Shown here piece after piece: positions 46,984-58,219 of a stretch of 64,000 nucleotides of DNA. The notes below the pieces were generated by a model. It was given only the letters and a program-made list of their open reading frames with translations, was not told the origin of the DNA and ran no database searches. Position 1 is the first letter of the stretch; every line of letters starts with the position of its first letter. The stretch spans positions 100,938 to 164,937 of the forward strand of contig JAWSVB010000016.1 in the NCBI GenBank assembly GCA_033852135.1, read 5' to 3'. Position numbers and translations under genes: made by a program. This DNA is from Gammaproteobacteria bacterium (GTDB lineage: Bacteria > Pseudomonadota > Gammaproteobacteria > QZLD01).

Positions 46984-47988
46984 ATGAATGAACAAGTAAT
47001 TGAAGCTCGCGATTATAGCAACCTCACCCCTGATACAGTTCTAAATGCTATTGCAGCAATAGACTATGAAGTGGATGCATCCATTATCCCACTTAACAGC
47101 TATGAAAACCGAGTTTATCAGATTGGAATTCATGAATCAGCCCCAATCATCACTAAATTCTATCGCCCAGGCCGCTGGACTAACGAAGCGATCCTGGAAG
47201 AGCACAGCTTTGCTATGGAATTAGCGCGGTTAGAGATACCTGTTGTCGCCCCGTTAATTAACAAAGATGGCTCAACCCTGCATCAACATGAAGGTTATAG
47301 ATTTTCTGTATTTCCTAAACAAAGTGGACGCTCACCAGAAACAGACAACATGGATCATTTATATAGAATCGGGAGGTTTATAGGGAGAATCCATGCTGTT
47401 GGCGCCACAAATAAATTTAATCACCGTCCCCGAATAAGCATTCAATCTCATGGCCATGATGCATATAAATTCTTAATCGATAATAACTTCATTCCAGCTG
47501 AACTTTTTGAATCCTATTGCTCAACAGTTGAGATTGTAATCCAAAAAGTTGAAAGCATATTTAATCAATATAATTATGAAGGTACAACTCAGCTGAGGAT
47601 CCATGGTGATTGCCACATAGGAAATATTTTATGGAGCGATAACGGCCCTAATTTTGTTGATCTTGATGACTGCGTAACAGGCATTGCTGCCCAAGATATC
47701 TGGATGATGCTATCAGGTGAAAGATCAGAAATGACATCACAATTAGCTGAAATTCTTGATGGATATAGTGAATTTTATGACTTCAATGCAAGAGAGTTGG
47801 TTTTTATAGAGTCATTAAGGTCTTTAAGAATATTGCACTATAGCGCGTGGCTAGCCAAAAGATGGACAGACCCTGCATTTCCACACAATTTCCCATGGTT
47901 CAACTCAGTAAAATATTGGCAAGATCAAATACTGATTTTACGTGAGCAGATTGCCTTACTAGATGAAGAGCCTCTTTTCTGGAGATAA
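46984..47988 (+). CDS. srkA: Stress response kinase A (RdoA/YihE)
   Basis: LNSYENRVY, KFYRPGRW, RIHGDCH.GN, DLDD, RWTDPAFP. Confidence 0.96.
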   Translation: MNEQVIEARDYSNLTPDTVLNAIAAIDYEVDASIIPLNSYENRVYQIGIHESAPIITKFYRPGRWTNEAILEEHSFAMELARLEIPVVAPLINKDGSTLHQHEGYRFSVFPKQSGRSPETDNMDHLYRIGRFIGRIHAVGATNKFNHRPRISIQSHGHDAYKFLIDNNFIPAELFESYCSTVEIVIQKVESIFNQYNYEGTTQLRIHGDCHIGNILWSDNGPNFVDLDDCVTGIAAQDIWMMLSGERSEMTSQLAEILDGYSEFYDFNARELVFIESLRSLRILHYSAWLAKRWTDPAFPHNFPWFNSVKYWQDQILILREQIALLDEEPLFWR

Positions 47989-48127
47989 CGCTTGACTCTT
48001 AATACTAAATAGCTAAACAATATCAATCAGCACTTAGATATCAGCTCATAAAACCTATAGCTTATTACATATAGATATATCTAAGAAAACATGGAAAAGG
48101 TGAGCAGTTCTTAATGGAGTATAAATT

Positions 48128-48928
48128 ATGCTAAGAGTAGTATTTAATCAAAAAGGCGGCGTTGGTAAATCAACAATCACATGTAACCTAGCAGCAATTA
48201 GCGCTGCAAAAGGTTTAAAGACACTTGTTGTCGATCTAGACCCACAAGGTAACTCATCTCAATACCTTCTTGGCGATGCAGCAGATAACCTTGAAAAAAC
48301 AGCTGCAAACTTCTTTGAACAGATGCTAAGTTTTCAAATTTTCAAACATGAAACCGTAGATTTTATTCATGAGTCACCTTTTGAAAACCTGTATGTGCTT
48401 CCATCTTCGCAAGAGCTTGAATCACTACAAGGAAAGCTCGAAGCCAGGTACAAAATGTATAAACTTAGAGAAGCCTTAGATAAACTTGGTGACTTTGATG
48501 AAATATATATCGATACTCCGCCAGCACTAAACTTCTATTCAAGATCGGCTCTTATCGCTGCAAATTCATGCCTTATCCCGTTTGATTGCGACAACTTCTC
48601 TCGTAGAGCTCTGTATAGTGTTATGGATCATATCCAAGAGATTCAAATGGATCATAACCAAGAGCTAATCGTTGAAGGGATAATAGTAAATCAATTCCAA
48701 GCAAGAGCTAACTTGCCACAGAAGTTAGTAGCTGAATTAATTGAAGAAGAGCTCCCTATCCTAGACACCAAGATCAGATCTTCAGTAAAAATCAGAGAAT
48801 CACATGAGTGCTCAACCCCAATGATCTTTTTTGCACCTAAACACAAAATAACCAAAGAGTTTCTAATGCTGCATGATTCATTGCAAGAAACTGACATTTC
48901 CACGCAAACTGGCCGCAAAAGAGCATAA
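48128..48928 (+). CDS. Orphan ParA/Soj-family ATPase
   Basis: NQKGGVGKST, DLDPQGN, DTPP; no adjacent parB. Confidence 0.92.
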   Translation: MLRVVFNQKGGVGKSTITCNLAAISAAKGLKTLVVDLDPQGNSSQYLLGDAADNLEKTAANFFEQMLSFQIFKHETVDFIHESPFENLYVLPSSQELESLQGKLEARYKMYKLREALDKLGDFDEIYIDTPPALNFYSRSALIAANSCLIPFDCDNFSRRALYSVMDHIQEIQMDHNQELIVEGIIVNQFQARANLPQKLVAELIEEELPILDTKIRSSVKIRESHECSTPMIFFAPKHKITKEFLMLHDSLQETDISTQTGRKRA

Positions 48929-48943
48929 AATTTTTTAAAATTG

Positions 48944-48979
48944 CCTATCTTTTATCGGCTACGATAAAAGATAGGTTTT
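48944..48979 (+). terminator. Intrinsic terminator
   Basis: 14-bp perfect stem CCTATCTTTTATCG/CGATAAAAGATAGG followed by TTTT. Confidence 0.75.
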
Positions 48980-49178
48980 AGATGTTTCTCCCATTTTACC
49001 CACAGGCTAGCCCCCTTAATTTACAGACCTTCGTAGTTATTTCCGGTTAAATTTGAAGCTTAAATACCCCATAACAATGAACTCATTCTCATATTTGCCT
49101 TTCAATACAAAAAAAATGGCTCTAAACACTGAAAAAACTTGGTTTTTGGCCGATACTTAGGGTAATAAAAATCACACC

Positions 49179-51227
49179 ATGGAGTGTTACTGTTTGAAAG
49201 GTTATAAGCGTTACTTATCTCTAATATCAATTAGCATTATTTTGCTTGTATCAAATACTGCATATGCTATCGAACCAATTGATTCAGTAAGAATATTAAT
49301 TGATATCTCAGGGAGCATGAAACAAAACGACCCAAATAACCTTAGAGCTCCTGCAATGAGGATGCTAGTCAACCTCCTCCCCCCTGGAAGTGAAGCTGGT
49401 GTATGGACCTTTGCCAAATGGAGCAATGAATTTGTAAGGCACGAAAAAGTAACTCAAGAGTGGCAAGAAAGCGCCACAAGAAAATCAAAAGAGATCAGAT
49501 CCCCAGGGCAATTCACCGATATAGCGCAAGTACTAGAACATTCAAGTAGAGATTGGAAACAACCCAGTGACTTAGAACGTAGAAGTGTAATTCTCCTTAC
49601 AGATGGAGTTGTTGATGTCTCCAAAGACCCGCTTAAAAATATTGAGTCCAGAAAAAAAGTCCAAAATGAAATAATCCCTTACTTCCGCGACTCTAAAATC
49701 AAAATTCACACAATAGCGCTTTCAGAAAATGCTGATAAAGAGCTGTTAGAAAACCTTGCCGTGCAAACAGATGGTGCACATATAATGGTCAAAACGGCCG
49801 ACCAACTGCAAAAAGCATTTTTAAAGCTTTTTGAAAAATCAGTAAAAAGGGAAACTCTACCGCTCCAAGGTAATAAATTTAGCGTTGATAAAAGTGTAAA
49901 CGAGCTAACAATTCTGGTTTTCAATAAGCCTGAATCTCCAAACTCACAACTAAAAGACCCAAGCGGCAAAATCTTTAATCAAAAAGACAAACCAAACCAT
50001 ATCAAATGGCATAACGACTCAGGTTATGACCTGGTAACCATATCAACACCTCAAACAGGTGAATGGCAAATAATCGCTGATATTGACCCCGATAACAGGG
50101 TTATGATTGTTAGTGACTTAAAACTTAAAAGTTCTCAAGTTCCCAACAACATCATCAATGGTGAATCGTTCGTATATGAAACCTGGCTCGAAGAGGAAGG
50201 AGAAATTATAACCAAGCCAGACTTCCATAAATTTGTAAATATTCAGATTGACCAAACTTCATCTTCAGGCAAAGAATCATCATTAAAAGTAAAAGATCAT
50301 GGGTTAGCCGGTGATAAAAAAGCGAAGGATGGTATCTATAGCTATAAGTTTGCAAAATCACTAAGGGAAGTTGGTGAACATGAGATTGTTACTCAGGTCA
50401 ACGGACAAACATTTCAGCGTGAATTCAGACACACAATCACTGTCCACGATGACCCGCTAGAGATCGATACCACAGAGACTATCGAAGAAGGCAAGGGAAA
50501 AGTAAGCATTGATGTTATGCTAACAAAAGATTGGATTGACCAAGATAGTGTCGAAATAGCTGCTGAAATAACCTATCCAGATGGGTTGTCAGATATGATT
50601 GAACCAACTCTAGATTTCGATGTGTGGAAAATTGACGTTGATAACATCGAGCTGGACAAAAAGTACTCCATCCGTATTCAAATGATTGCTGAAACAACTA
50701 CAGGGCGACCAGTTAACTTAAATGCGCCAATCGTAGATGTATTCATGAAATCGCCAGAAGTAGTAAAACCAGTTATTGAAGAGCCAATAGTTGAAGAGCC
50801 AGTAGAGGAACCTGAAGGGGTAAGCTTTATGCTTATCCTGGTCGTATTCATGTGTTTTAATCTACTAATTTTCACCGTAGTTGGGGTTATCGTTTTCTTA
50901 GGTAAAAGAGAAAAAGATATACCAATGCTAGAAGACGATGATGAAATAACTGATGATGACGACGAGCCAGAACCTGAGCCAGAACCTGAGCCAGAACCTG
51001 AGCCAGAACCTGAGCCAGAACCTGAGCCAGAACCTGAGCCAGAACCTGAGCCTGAGCCTGCTGCTGAATCAACAGAAGAGCAACTAGAAGCTGAGATTGA
51101 AGAGACAGCAGCAGCTAATATCACAGAAAAAGCTGAAACAGACGAAGTTAGCACTGGAGATGATGATCTAGATGCTGAATTTGCAGCCCTAATTAAAGAA
51201 CAAGAAGAGAAAGAAAATAATGGTTAA
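49179..51227 (+). CDS. Exported VWA-domain protein with a C-terminal TM and acidic tail (TIGR03503-like)
   Basis: Signal peptide, MIDAS DISGS, LLTDG, single TM, (EP)16 tail. Confidence 0.85.
   Translation: MECYCLKGYKRYLSLISISIILLVSNTAYAIEPIDSVRILIDISGSMKQNDPNNLRAPAMRMLVNLLPPGSEAGVWTFAKWSNEFVRHEKVTQEWQESATRKSKEIRSPGQFTDIAQVLEHSSRDWKQPSDLERRSVILLTDGVVDVSKDPLKNIESRKKVQNEIIPYFRDSKIKIHTIALSENADKELLENLAVQTDGAHIMVKTADQLQKAFLKLFEKSVKRETLPLQGNKFSVDKSVNELTILVFNKPESPNSQLKDPSGKIFNQKDKPNHIKWHNDSGYDLVTISTPQTGEWQIIADIDPDNRVMIVSDLKLKSSQVPNNIINGESFVYETWLEEEGEIITKPDFHKFVNIQIDQTSSSGKESSLKVKDHGLAGDKKAKDGIYSYKFAKSLREVGEHEIVTQVNGQTFQREFRHTITVHDDPLEIDTTETIEEGKGKVSIDVMLTKDWIDQDSVEIAAEITYPDGLSDMIEPTLDFDVWKIDVDNIELDKKYSIRIQMIAETTTGRPVNLNAPIVDVFMKSPEVVKPVIEEPIVEEPVEEPEGVSFMLILVVFMCFNLLIFTVVGVIVFLGKREKDIPMLEDDDEITDDDDEPEPEPEPEPEPEPEPEPEPEPEPEPEPEPEPAAESTEEQLEAEIEETAAANITEKAETDEVSTGDDDLDAEFAALIKEQEEKENNG
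50964..51059 (+). repeat. Coding VNTR (GAGCCAGAACCT)x7 plus (GAGCCT)x2
   Basis: Perfect 12-bp units encoding EP repeats. Confidence 0.95.
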
Positions 51228-51268
51228 CTACATTTCAACTAAGCTACTTAAAGATATAAGGTCTTAAG

Positions 51269-52285
51269 ATGGAAGCAGAATTTACAAATACTGATATCTT
51301 GATGTTTCTGGCAGCAGCGGAATTTCTTGTAATAATCGTTATTGCACTTGCAGCGTTTTTATTTGTGGTATCAAAACGCAAAAAGAGTGATACCAACGCA
51401 ACCAGTAATTTAGTTAATAAAATTAAATCACAAAAACTTGAACGAAAATCTGAGCTATCTGGCGTACTTGCAGAAACCTACAATATTGAAGGCGATAAAC
51501 TTAAAAAAGAAACAGAAAAACTAGTTAAGCTTGAAAATCAATTCTATCAACGTTTCATTAAAACTTACCTAACCCGTGATGCTAATGCTGTTGAGATGAT
51601 AGATGAGGACTTAAAAGAGTTACTTGCCAACTACAATCAACTTGTTCCAAAACAAGAATCCAGAGATGAGAGGGCTGAAGAGGCTCTGGCAGTTATCGAC
51701 AATTTAAGTGATGACTCAGGAGAGCATGATGAGCAAATCAAGCGTCTAAAAGATACTATCAATAACCTCTCTGATGACCTCAAGCAATATAAAAATACAG
51801 TTAACCGACTATTTTATGAATACTCTGCGATGTTTGGTGTTGATGTGGATCCTAGAAACCAGCTGTCAGCTACAGAGATTTTATCGCGTCTTGAAACCGG
51901 AAGACTTGGTGATGAAGAGCCATCCCTTGCAGATATCAAAGATGATGATTTAGAAAGTGAAGCGCCAGTCTATTTTGATGATAGCATTGAAGTTACTGCT
52001 GAATCAGAAGAAGCAGACCAACAGCCTGCTGAACCTGAAGAACCAGCTAAGGTTGAACCAAAACCTGCAGAGCCCGCTCCGGAACAAGCACCCCAAGCTG
52101 CCCCTAAACAAGAAGCTAAGCCAGACCAAGAAGCTACACCAAATAATACAAGTTCACAGCCTAATACTCCGCCAGCACAGCCTCTTCCAGATGAACTCAT
52201 AGCAGAGCTCCTAGGAGATGATGATGAAGGCGCAGCATTTGAAAAAGATTTTGCCAACCTAGTCGAAAAAGAAAACCAAAAATAA
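51269..52285 (+). CDS. Hypothetical protein with N-terminal TM, coiled coil and acidic/Pro-rich tail
   Basis: 338-aa ORF following the VWA gene. Confidence 0.75.
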   Translation: MEAEFTNTDILMFLAAAEFLVIIVIALAAFLFVVSKRKKSDTNATSNLVNKIKSQKLERKSELSGVLAETYNIEGDKLKKETEKLVKLENQFYQRFIKTYLTRDANAVEMIDEDLKELLANYNQLVPKQESRDERAEEALAVIDNLSDDSGEHDEQIKRLKDTINNLSDDLKQYKNTVNRLFYEYSAMFGVDVDPRNQLSATEILSRLETGRLGDEEPSLADIKDDDLESEAPVYFDDSIEVTAESEEADQQPAEPEEPAKVEPKPAEPAPEQAPQAAPKQEAKPDQEATPNNTSSQPNTPPAQPLPDELIAELLGDDDEGAAFEKDFANLVEKENQK

Positions 52286-52318
52286 TCTTTTAGGCGAAAG
52301 CTTCTTAGATCTAGAGAA

Positions 52319-53161
52319 TTAACTTCTCTTTTTTCTTTTAGGTCCGCCGCGATCTGATGCTCTTCTTGGTGGCTTGCGTATAACAGCAGGCTTTTTACGT
52401 TCCTCTTCTTGAACTTGCTCAATATTAACTCTATTCATTAGAGCTTCTACTTCAGTATCAGAGAGAAACTTACTCTTACCAGGAAGGTGAGATTTAAGCA
52501 GTTTAATATCATGAAATCTCACACGAGCTAAGCGTGATACTCTAACATCTAATGCTTCCCACATTCTTCTAACTTCGCGATTTCGCCCTTCCTGTAAAAC
52601 AACGTGATACCACTTATTTGCACCTGCCCCACCACTACGCTTAACATCAGAAAACTTAGCAATGCCATCTTCAAGCATTACACCTTTCTTCAACTGTTCA
52701 ATCATCTGGTCAGATACTTCACCAAGAATTCTCACTGCATATTCACGTTCAATCTCACTTGATGGATGCATTAGACGATTAGCTAGCTCCCCATTGTTGG
52801 TAAATAGCAAAACACCACTAGTGTTAATATCTAATCTACCGACTGATATCCAACGAGCACCATTAAGTTTTGGTAAACTCTGAAAAACTGTAGCTCTACC
52901 TTCAGGATCACTGCGAGAACAAATCTCCCCTTCAGGCTTATGATATATAATCACTTTAGTTTTAACGCCTGATAATGATCTTCTATCGAGTACCTTACCA
53001 TCAATTTCAACCTTCTCTGTGCCAAGCATAGTATCGCCAAGATGCGCTACTTCACCATCAATCTTAACACGACCATCTTTCAGCCATTGCTCAATCTCAC
53101 GACGCGATCCAAAACCAGAGTTAGCTAGTTTTTTTTGTATTCTTTCTCTTGTATCTGACAC
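52319..53161 (-). CDS. rluB: 23S rRNA pseudouridine synthase B
   Basis: S4 domain, VGRLDINTSG, LMHPS, EGRNREVRR. Confidence 0.95.
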   Translation of the reverse strand: MSDTRERIQKKLANSGFGSRREIEQWLKDGRVKIDGEVAHLGDTMLGTEKVEIDGKVLDRRSLSGVKTKVIIYHKPEGEICSRSDPEGRATVFQSLPKLNGARWISVGRLDINTSGVLLFTNNGELANRLMHPSSEIEREYAVRILGEVSDQMIEQLKKGVMLEDGIAKFSDVKRSGGAGANKWYHVVLQEGRNREVRRMWEALDVRVSRLARVRFHDIKLLKSHLPGKSKFLSDTEVEALMNRVNIEQVQEEERKKPAVIRKPPRRASDRGGPKRKKRS

Positions 53162-53869
53162 TTAATTTTGATCCTTAATGGTTGTGTTTTGAACAACCTG
53201 AAGTTGTTCATGGTTTTCTTGTTCGTCATCTTTAGCTGGCTCGTCTGAGTCACCGCTGGGAAACTGTAAATCTAGTTCTGCATTAATTTCAGTTATATCC
53301 CTTAATTCCATCAAACTAGGAAGATCATCAAGACTCTTCAGGTTAAAGTAGTTTAAAAAATCTTTGGTTGTGCCATATAGAGACGGATGACCAGGAACAT
53401 CCCTTCTGCCAACAACTCTTATCCAGTTGCGCTCCATTAAAGTCTTCATTATCGCAGAGTTAATACTTACACCCCTAATATCTTCAATCTCACCACGAGT
53501 AATCGGTTGGCGATACGCAATAATAGATAGCGTTTCTAAAAACGCGCGAGAATACTTAGCAGGCTTCTCTTCCCATAGTTTGGATACCCATGACTGCATC
53601 TCATGCTTTACCTGTATGCGGTAGCCACTGCTAACTTCAACTATTTCGAACCCCCTGTCCTGGTAATCACTTGCTAATTCAGCAATTGCTTGTTTTAATT
53701 CTACTTTAGCTGGGATCTGCTCACCTTCAAACACTAATTGCAGCTTATCTAGTGATAAAGGGGTATTTGAAGATAATATAACTGCTTCGATAATTTTCTT
53801 TAATGAAGGTTTAACAGCACCATCACTAAGTGTGTTGTCGATACTAGAATTAGACTTAATAACTTCCAT
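53162..53869 (-). CDS. scpB: SMC-Scp complex subunit ScpB
   Basis: LETLSIIAYRQPITRGEIEDIRGV; start at ATG 53869. Confidence 0.95.
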   Translation of the reverse strand: MEVIKSNSSIDNTLSDGAVKPSLKKIIEAVILSSNTPLSLDKLQLVFEGEQIPAKVELKQAIAELASDYQDRGFEIVEVSSGYRIQVKHEMQSWVSKLWEEKPAKYSRAFLETLSIIAYRQPITRGEIEDIRGVSINSAIMKTLMERNWIRVVGRRDVPGHPSLYGTTKDFLNYFNLKSLDDLPSLMELRDITEINAELDLQFPSGDSDEPAKDDEQENHEQLQVVQNTTIKDQN

Positions 53870-53879
53870 ATTTATACCG

Positions 53880-54719
53880 CTACTCACCTTTGGCTTTAAC
53901 ATAGATAGGGGCAAACTGCTCCTGTTGCACAATATCAATCAAAGATCCCTTAACTAACTCTAAAATAGCAAGAAAAGATACAACTACTCCCAACTTTCCC
54001 TCATCCAGAGTAAATAAAGATATGAACTCTACAAACTTATCATCTTCAATTTTAGCTAAAACTTGTGTCATCCTCTCCCTAACAGACAGAGTTTCACGCT
54101 GTATCTGGTGATTAGTAAATAGATCTGCACGAGCAACAACTTCCATCATAGCCGATAGCAGCTCCTTAATATCAACATCTGGAAGCAACTTCTCAGCTTT
54201 AAAGTGCTCTGTATCAAGATTAATAGGAACAATATCCCTATCAACACGAGGTAGTTGATCTAAATCTTCAGCAGCTCCTTTATATCTTTCATACTCCTGC
54301 AAGCGCCTTATCAATTCAGCCCTTGGATCCTCTTCATCTTCGATCTCAGCAGGTCTTGGCAGAAGCATTCTTGACTTAATTTCAGCAAGCATTGCTGCCA
54401 TAACTAAATATTCACCAGCCAATTCAAGACGCATATCATCCATAAGATCAATATATTGCATATATTGACCAGTAATTGGTGCAATAGGAATATCAATGAT
54501 ATCTAGATTTTGGCGTTTTATAAGGTAGAGCAATAGATCAAGAGGCCCTTCAAAGGCCTCTAAAAATACTTCAAGAGCATCAGGTGGGATATAAAGATCA
54601 CTTGGAAGCTGAGTTACCGCCTCGCCACGAACAACAGCAAACGGCATCTCTTCCTGTATCAGCGCCTGCTGTGATGGTGAGTTTAGTAAATCTTCTGTTA
54701 CTCCAGCAGTTTCAGTCAT
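53880..54719 (-). CDS. scpA: Segregation and condensation protein A
   Basis: FEGPLDLLLYLI, EIKSRMLLP, FLAILEL. Confidence 0.96.
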   Translation of the reverse strand: MTETAGVTEDLLNSPSQQALIQEEMPFAVVRGEAVTQLPSDLYIPPDALEVFLEAFEGPLDLLLYLIKRQNLDIIDIPIAPITGQYMQYIDLMDDMRLELAGEYLVMAAMLAEIKSRMLLPRPAEIEDEEDPRAELIRRLQEYERYKGAAEDLDQLPRVDRDIVPINLDTEHFKAEKLLPDVDIKELLSAMMEVVARADLFTNHQIQRETLSVRERMTQVLAKIEDDKFVEFISLFTLDEGKLGVVVSFLAILELVKGSLIDIVQQEQFAPIYVKAKGE

Positions 54720-54768
54720 GTAATCTCTACTGTCTGTTATACCAAGTGTTTTTCGTCTAAAAGACTGC

Positions 54769-55986
54769 TTATCTGTATGATAAACCCATTACACTTCTAA
54801 CTTCTTCAAGCGTTTCTTTAGCAATAGTTCTAGCGGATTCACACCCTTCTGCAACAATATTCTTAACTATATCAGGTGTTTCCATATATTCTTGTGCGCG
54901 CTCTCTAATTGGTTTTAGCTCAGCATTAATAGCTTCAATAACCGGCATTTTACAATCAATACAACCAATACCAGCAGATCTACAGCCAGTTTGCACCCAC
55001 TCTTTAGTACTTTCATCCGAATAAACTTCGTGTAGTTGCCAAACAGGGCACTTACTAGGGTCACCAGGATCAGTACGACGCACACGGTTTGTATCTGTTG
55101 GCATAGTCCTAATCTTTTTCTCAACAGATTCAGGCTCTTCGCGTAGGGCTATAGTATTTTCGTACGATTTAGACATCTTTTGCCCATCAATACCAGGCAT
55201 CTTTGATGTTGGAGTCAAAAGAGATTGAGGCTCAGGTAGAATTACACGTCCACCACCTTCAAGATAACCATATAATCTCTCTTGATCTGCAATAGTTATA
55301 TTCTGCTGATCTTTTAATAACTCACGTGCAACCTCAAGAGCCTCGTGGTCACCCTGTTCCTGAAACTTCTTGCGCAAGTTATTGTAACTTTTTGCATTTT
55401 TCTTACCCATTTTTTTAATTGCAGCTTCAGCTTTCTCTTCAAAGCCAGGTTCGCGGCCATAAAGAAAATTAAACCTGCGCGCTACTTCACGAGTAAGTTC
55501 AACATGTGCAACCTGATCTTCACCAACAGGAACCTGCCCCGCTTTATAGATTAAAATATCTGCACTTTGCAATAATGGATAACCAAGAAAACCATAGGTA
55601 TCTAAATCTTTTTCTCTTAGTTTTTCTTGCATATCTTTATATGATGGCACCCTTTCTAACCAACCCAGCGGTGTCATCATCGATAATAAAAGATGTAGTT
55701 CTGCATGCTCAGGTACACGAGATTGAAAGAATATTGTTGCTTCATTCGGGTTAATTCCAGCAGCTAACCAGTCGATAACAACATCCCAAGAACTTTTTGA
55801 GATTATAGATGGGTCTTCATAATGGGTAGTTAAAGCATGCCAATCAGCAACAAAGAAAAAACACTTAAACTCATGTTGTAAGTTAAGCCAATTCTTAAGC
55901 ACTCCATGGTAGTGCCCAAGGTGTAACTGACCTGTAGGCCTCATTCCAGAAAGTACAGTGCTATTTTCTGCTGCTATTTTATTCAA
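54769..55986 (-). CDS. trpS: Tryptophan--tRNA ligase
   Basis: SGMRPTG.LHLGH, GEDQ, KMSKS. Confidence 0.97.
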   Translation of the reverse strand: MNKIAAENSTVLSGMRPTGQLHLGHYHGVLKNWLNLQHEFKCFFFVADWHALTTHYEDPSIISKSSWDVVIDWLAAGINPNEATIFFQSRVPEHAELHLLLSMMTPLGWLERVPSYKDMQEKLREKDLDTYGFLGYPLLQSADILIYKAGQVPVGEDQVAHVELTREVARRFNFLYGREPGFEEKAEAAIKKMGKKNAKSYNNLRKKFQEQGDHEALEVARELLKDQQNITIADQERLYGYLEGGGRVILPEPQSLLTPTSKMPGIDGQKMSKSYENTIALREEPESVEKKIRTMPTDTNRVRRTDPGDPSKCPVWQLHEVYSDESTKEWVQTGCRSAGIGCIDCKMPVIEAINAELKPIRERAQEYMETPDIVKNIVAEGCESARTIAKETLEEVRSVMGLSYR

Positions 55987-55990
55987 TTTT

Positions 55991-56677
55991 CTACCTATTT
56001 ATCATTTTAAAATTAAACTTAGTCTGAAGCATCGCAACGGAAAAACCGCAGATAACCCCAAGTACTAATCCTACTGTGTGCGCCGTATTTGCTATATTTC
56101 CTATTAACCCAATATAGCAAAGAACAAACCATGCAACGGCCATAATAATTACTTGTTTTTCCAAAAACAATCCAAAGCCTGGATTAAATTTTTGCTGCAT
56201 CCATATATAACCAAATAAACCATAAATAACGCCAGACATCCCCCCAAATTTTGGGCCAGAAACAATGTATTGCGCGATATTGGAGCTAACCCCAAGCATA
56301 ATCATTATAAGTATATAAAACCAAGCCTTATGCCTAAACTCAACAACTGCCCCAAGATAATACATGGCCATCATATTAAAAATTATATGCAGAAGATTAA
56401 AGTGGAGGAAAACAGGAGTGATTAACCTATGTATTTCACCATTCCAAATTTCACTTAACCCAGATTTATATAAAGAAGCTGTTATGCGTAACCCAAAATA
56501 AGAAAACTCAAACAAGTAAGGTATGTTTACACCCGCAGAGAACTTTAAAACTATAGGGATAGATACCAATATAGAGGCCAGTATACATATACTGGTCAAA
56601 GGAAATCTTTTTACAAAAAAAAGCAGCCTTTGTTTAAATGCTAAAAGAACAGGGGTTTGATTAGACATAATTATCAA
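55991..56677 (-). CDS. Rhomboid intramembrane serine protease (GlpG-like)
   Basis: HRLITPVFLH..HIIFN, GMSG, ANTAH. Confidence 0.92.
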   Translation of the reverse strand: MIIMSNQTPVLLAFKQRLLFFVKRFPLTSICILASILVSIPIVLKFSAGVNIPYLFEFSYFGLRITASLYKSGLSEIWNGEIHRLITPVFLHFNLLHIIFNMMAMYYLGAVVEFRHKAWFYILIMIMLGVSSNIAQYIVSGPKFGGMSGVIYGLFGYIWMQQKFNPGFGLFLEKQVIIMAVAWFVLCYIGLIGNIANTAHTVGLVLGVICGFSVAMLQTKFNFKMINR

Positions 56678-57281
56678 AATCGCCCTTACCCTGGCGAATT
56701 AAACTTGGTTCGTTATCTGTGCAATCGATTACAGTTGTAACCTCATAACCGCAACTTCCACCATCGATGAATAGGTCTACATGCTTAGAAAAGTCATCAT
56801 AGATATCATCAGGATCATTATGAGGCAACTCATTATCAGGAAGAATCAAGCTAGTAGTCATCAAAGGTTCACCAACTTGCTGCAATAGATCAATCGCAAT
56901 CTGATTATCAGGAATACGAAAACCAATAGTCTTTCGAGTAGAATGCATTAATCGACGTGGAACTTTATTTTTAGCTTTCAAAACGAAAGTAAAGCAACCA
57001 GGTGTAAGTACTTTAAGCATTCTATAAATAGAGTTTTCAACCTTAGCGTAATCAGATATCTCCGCAAGATCTTTACACATCAAGGTAAAAAGATGCTTAT
57101 CATTTATCTGACGAATACGGCAAATTCTTTCAAGTGCTTTTTTATCACCAAGATGGCATGCCAGTGCATAACAAGAATCTGTAGGGTAGATTATAACTCC
57201 ACCGCCATGAATTATATCAGCAGCTTGGCGCAACAAGCGCGCTTGGGGATTTTCTGGATGTACAATAAACCTTTGGGTCAT
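56661..57281 (-). CDS. yciO: YciO / Sua5-TsaC-family protein
   Basis: HPENPQ, YPTDSCY, RKTIGFRIP, RQGKG. Confidence 0.93.
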   Translation of the reverse strand: MTQRFIVHPENPQARLLRQAADIIHGGGVIIYPTDSCYALACHLGDKKALERICRIRQINDKHLFTLMCKDLAEISDYAKVENSIYRMLKVLTPGCFTFVLKAKNKVPRRLMHSTRKTIGFRIPDNQIAIDLLQQVGEPLMTTSLILPDNELPHNDPDDIYDDFSKHVDLFIDGGSCGYEVTTVIDCTDNEPSLIRQGKGDFDNYV

Positions 57282-57550
57282 AAGTTATATCTACTTAATA
57301 TAGTGACGAAAATTACTAACAAAATTTTCTTGCGATTATAACACCTACAGCTTAATTTTCCTCAACAAAGCCCCATTATTTACATAATAATAGTGAACTA
57401 AAGGGCCTATTAGAGTTCAATAATAAGTATAAATCGTATTTTTTAATACTACCCCTTATGTTAGACTCAATCAGATAAATACAAGTAAATATCAGTCAAG
57501 TTGTTTGAAGAATAGTAATTAAGCAAATTAATAATGCAGGCATACAAGTA

Positions 57551-58147
57551 ATGAACAAGTTTTTATTTGATTTTTTCCCTCTATTTATATTCGGTATCGT
57601 TTATTATTTTACTAAAGATGAGCATGGTCTCACTTACGCCATTGCCGCAATAATGGGTGCAACTATTTTCCAAACTGGATATCACTTTTTAAAACACAAA
57701 AAAATTGAGAAAGTACACATTATAAATCTAGTACTTATTGTCGGCCTAGGCGGGGTTTCGTTATTATTTAATGATGATGGAAACACTGTTTTCAAATGGA
57801 AACCGACAGTATTATATTGGGTATTCTCAATCGTCCTTTTAGGCAGTCGCTATATAGGCGATAAAACCATTCCTGAAAGAGTTCTAGGAGCAGTAATAGA
57901 TGCCCCACAAGCGGTATGGACAAAAGCAAATTTTTCTTGGGTACTATTTTTTACTGCATTTGGATTTTTAAACCTATTCGTCGCTTACAGCTTTGAAAAT
58001 GATACATGGGTATTATTTAAACTAATTGGCGGCACAGTATTGCTTCTACTATTTATGCTTATGCAGTTATTCTTTCTACGCAACTATATTAAGCCAGATA
58101 CACAGGTAGAACAAATAGCTGAAGAAAATAGCAAAGGTTCAGAATAA
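57551..58147 (+). CDS. yciB: Inner membrane protein YciB
   Basis: LFDFFPL, KWKPT, WVLFKL. Confidence 0.92.
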   Translation: MNKFLFDFFPLFIFGIVYYFTKDEHGLTYAIAAIMGATIFQTGYHFLKHKKIEKVHIINLVLIVGLGGVSLLFNDDGNTVFKWKPTVLYWVFSIVLLGSRYIGDKTIPERVLGAVIDAPQAVWTKANFSWVLFFTAFGFLNLFVAYSFENDTWVLFKLIGGTVLLLLFMLMQLFFLRNYIKPDTQVEQIAEENSKGSE

Positions 58148-58219
58148 TCAGTTACCTTTCACGATATTAAGAAAAATATTTACCATTAACACTAAACACA
58201 AGGATAAAGGAGATATTTC

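Noticed and set aside
50964-51059. Tandem repeat as a CRISPR array
   Set aside because: No spacers; it is an in-frame EP-coding VNTR. No CRISPR array was seen anywhere in the window.
50678-51154. GS-repeat and QVLA-repeat ORFs, and other short antisense ORFs across the window
   Set aside because: Shadow frames of well-supported genes on the opposite strand
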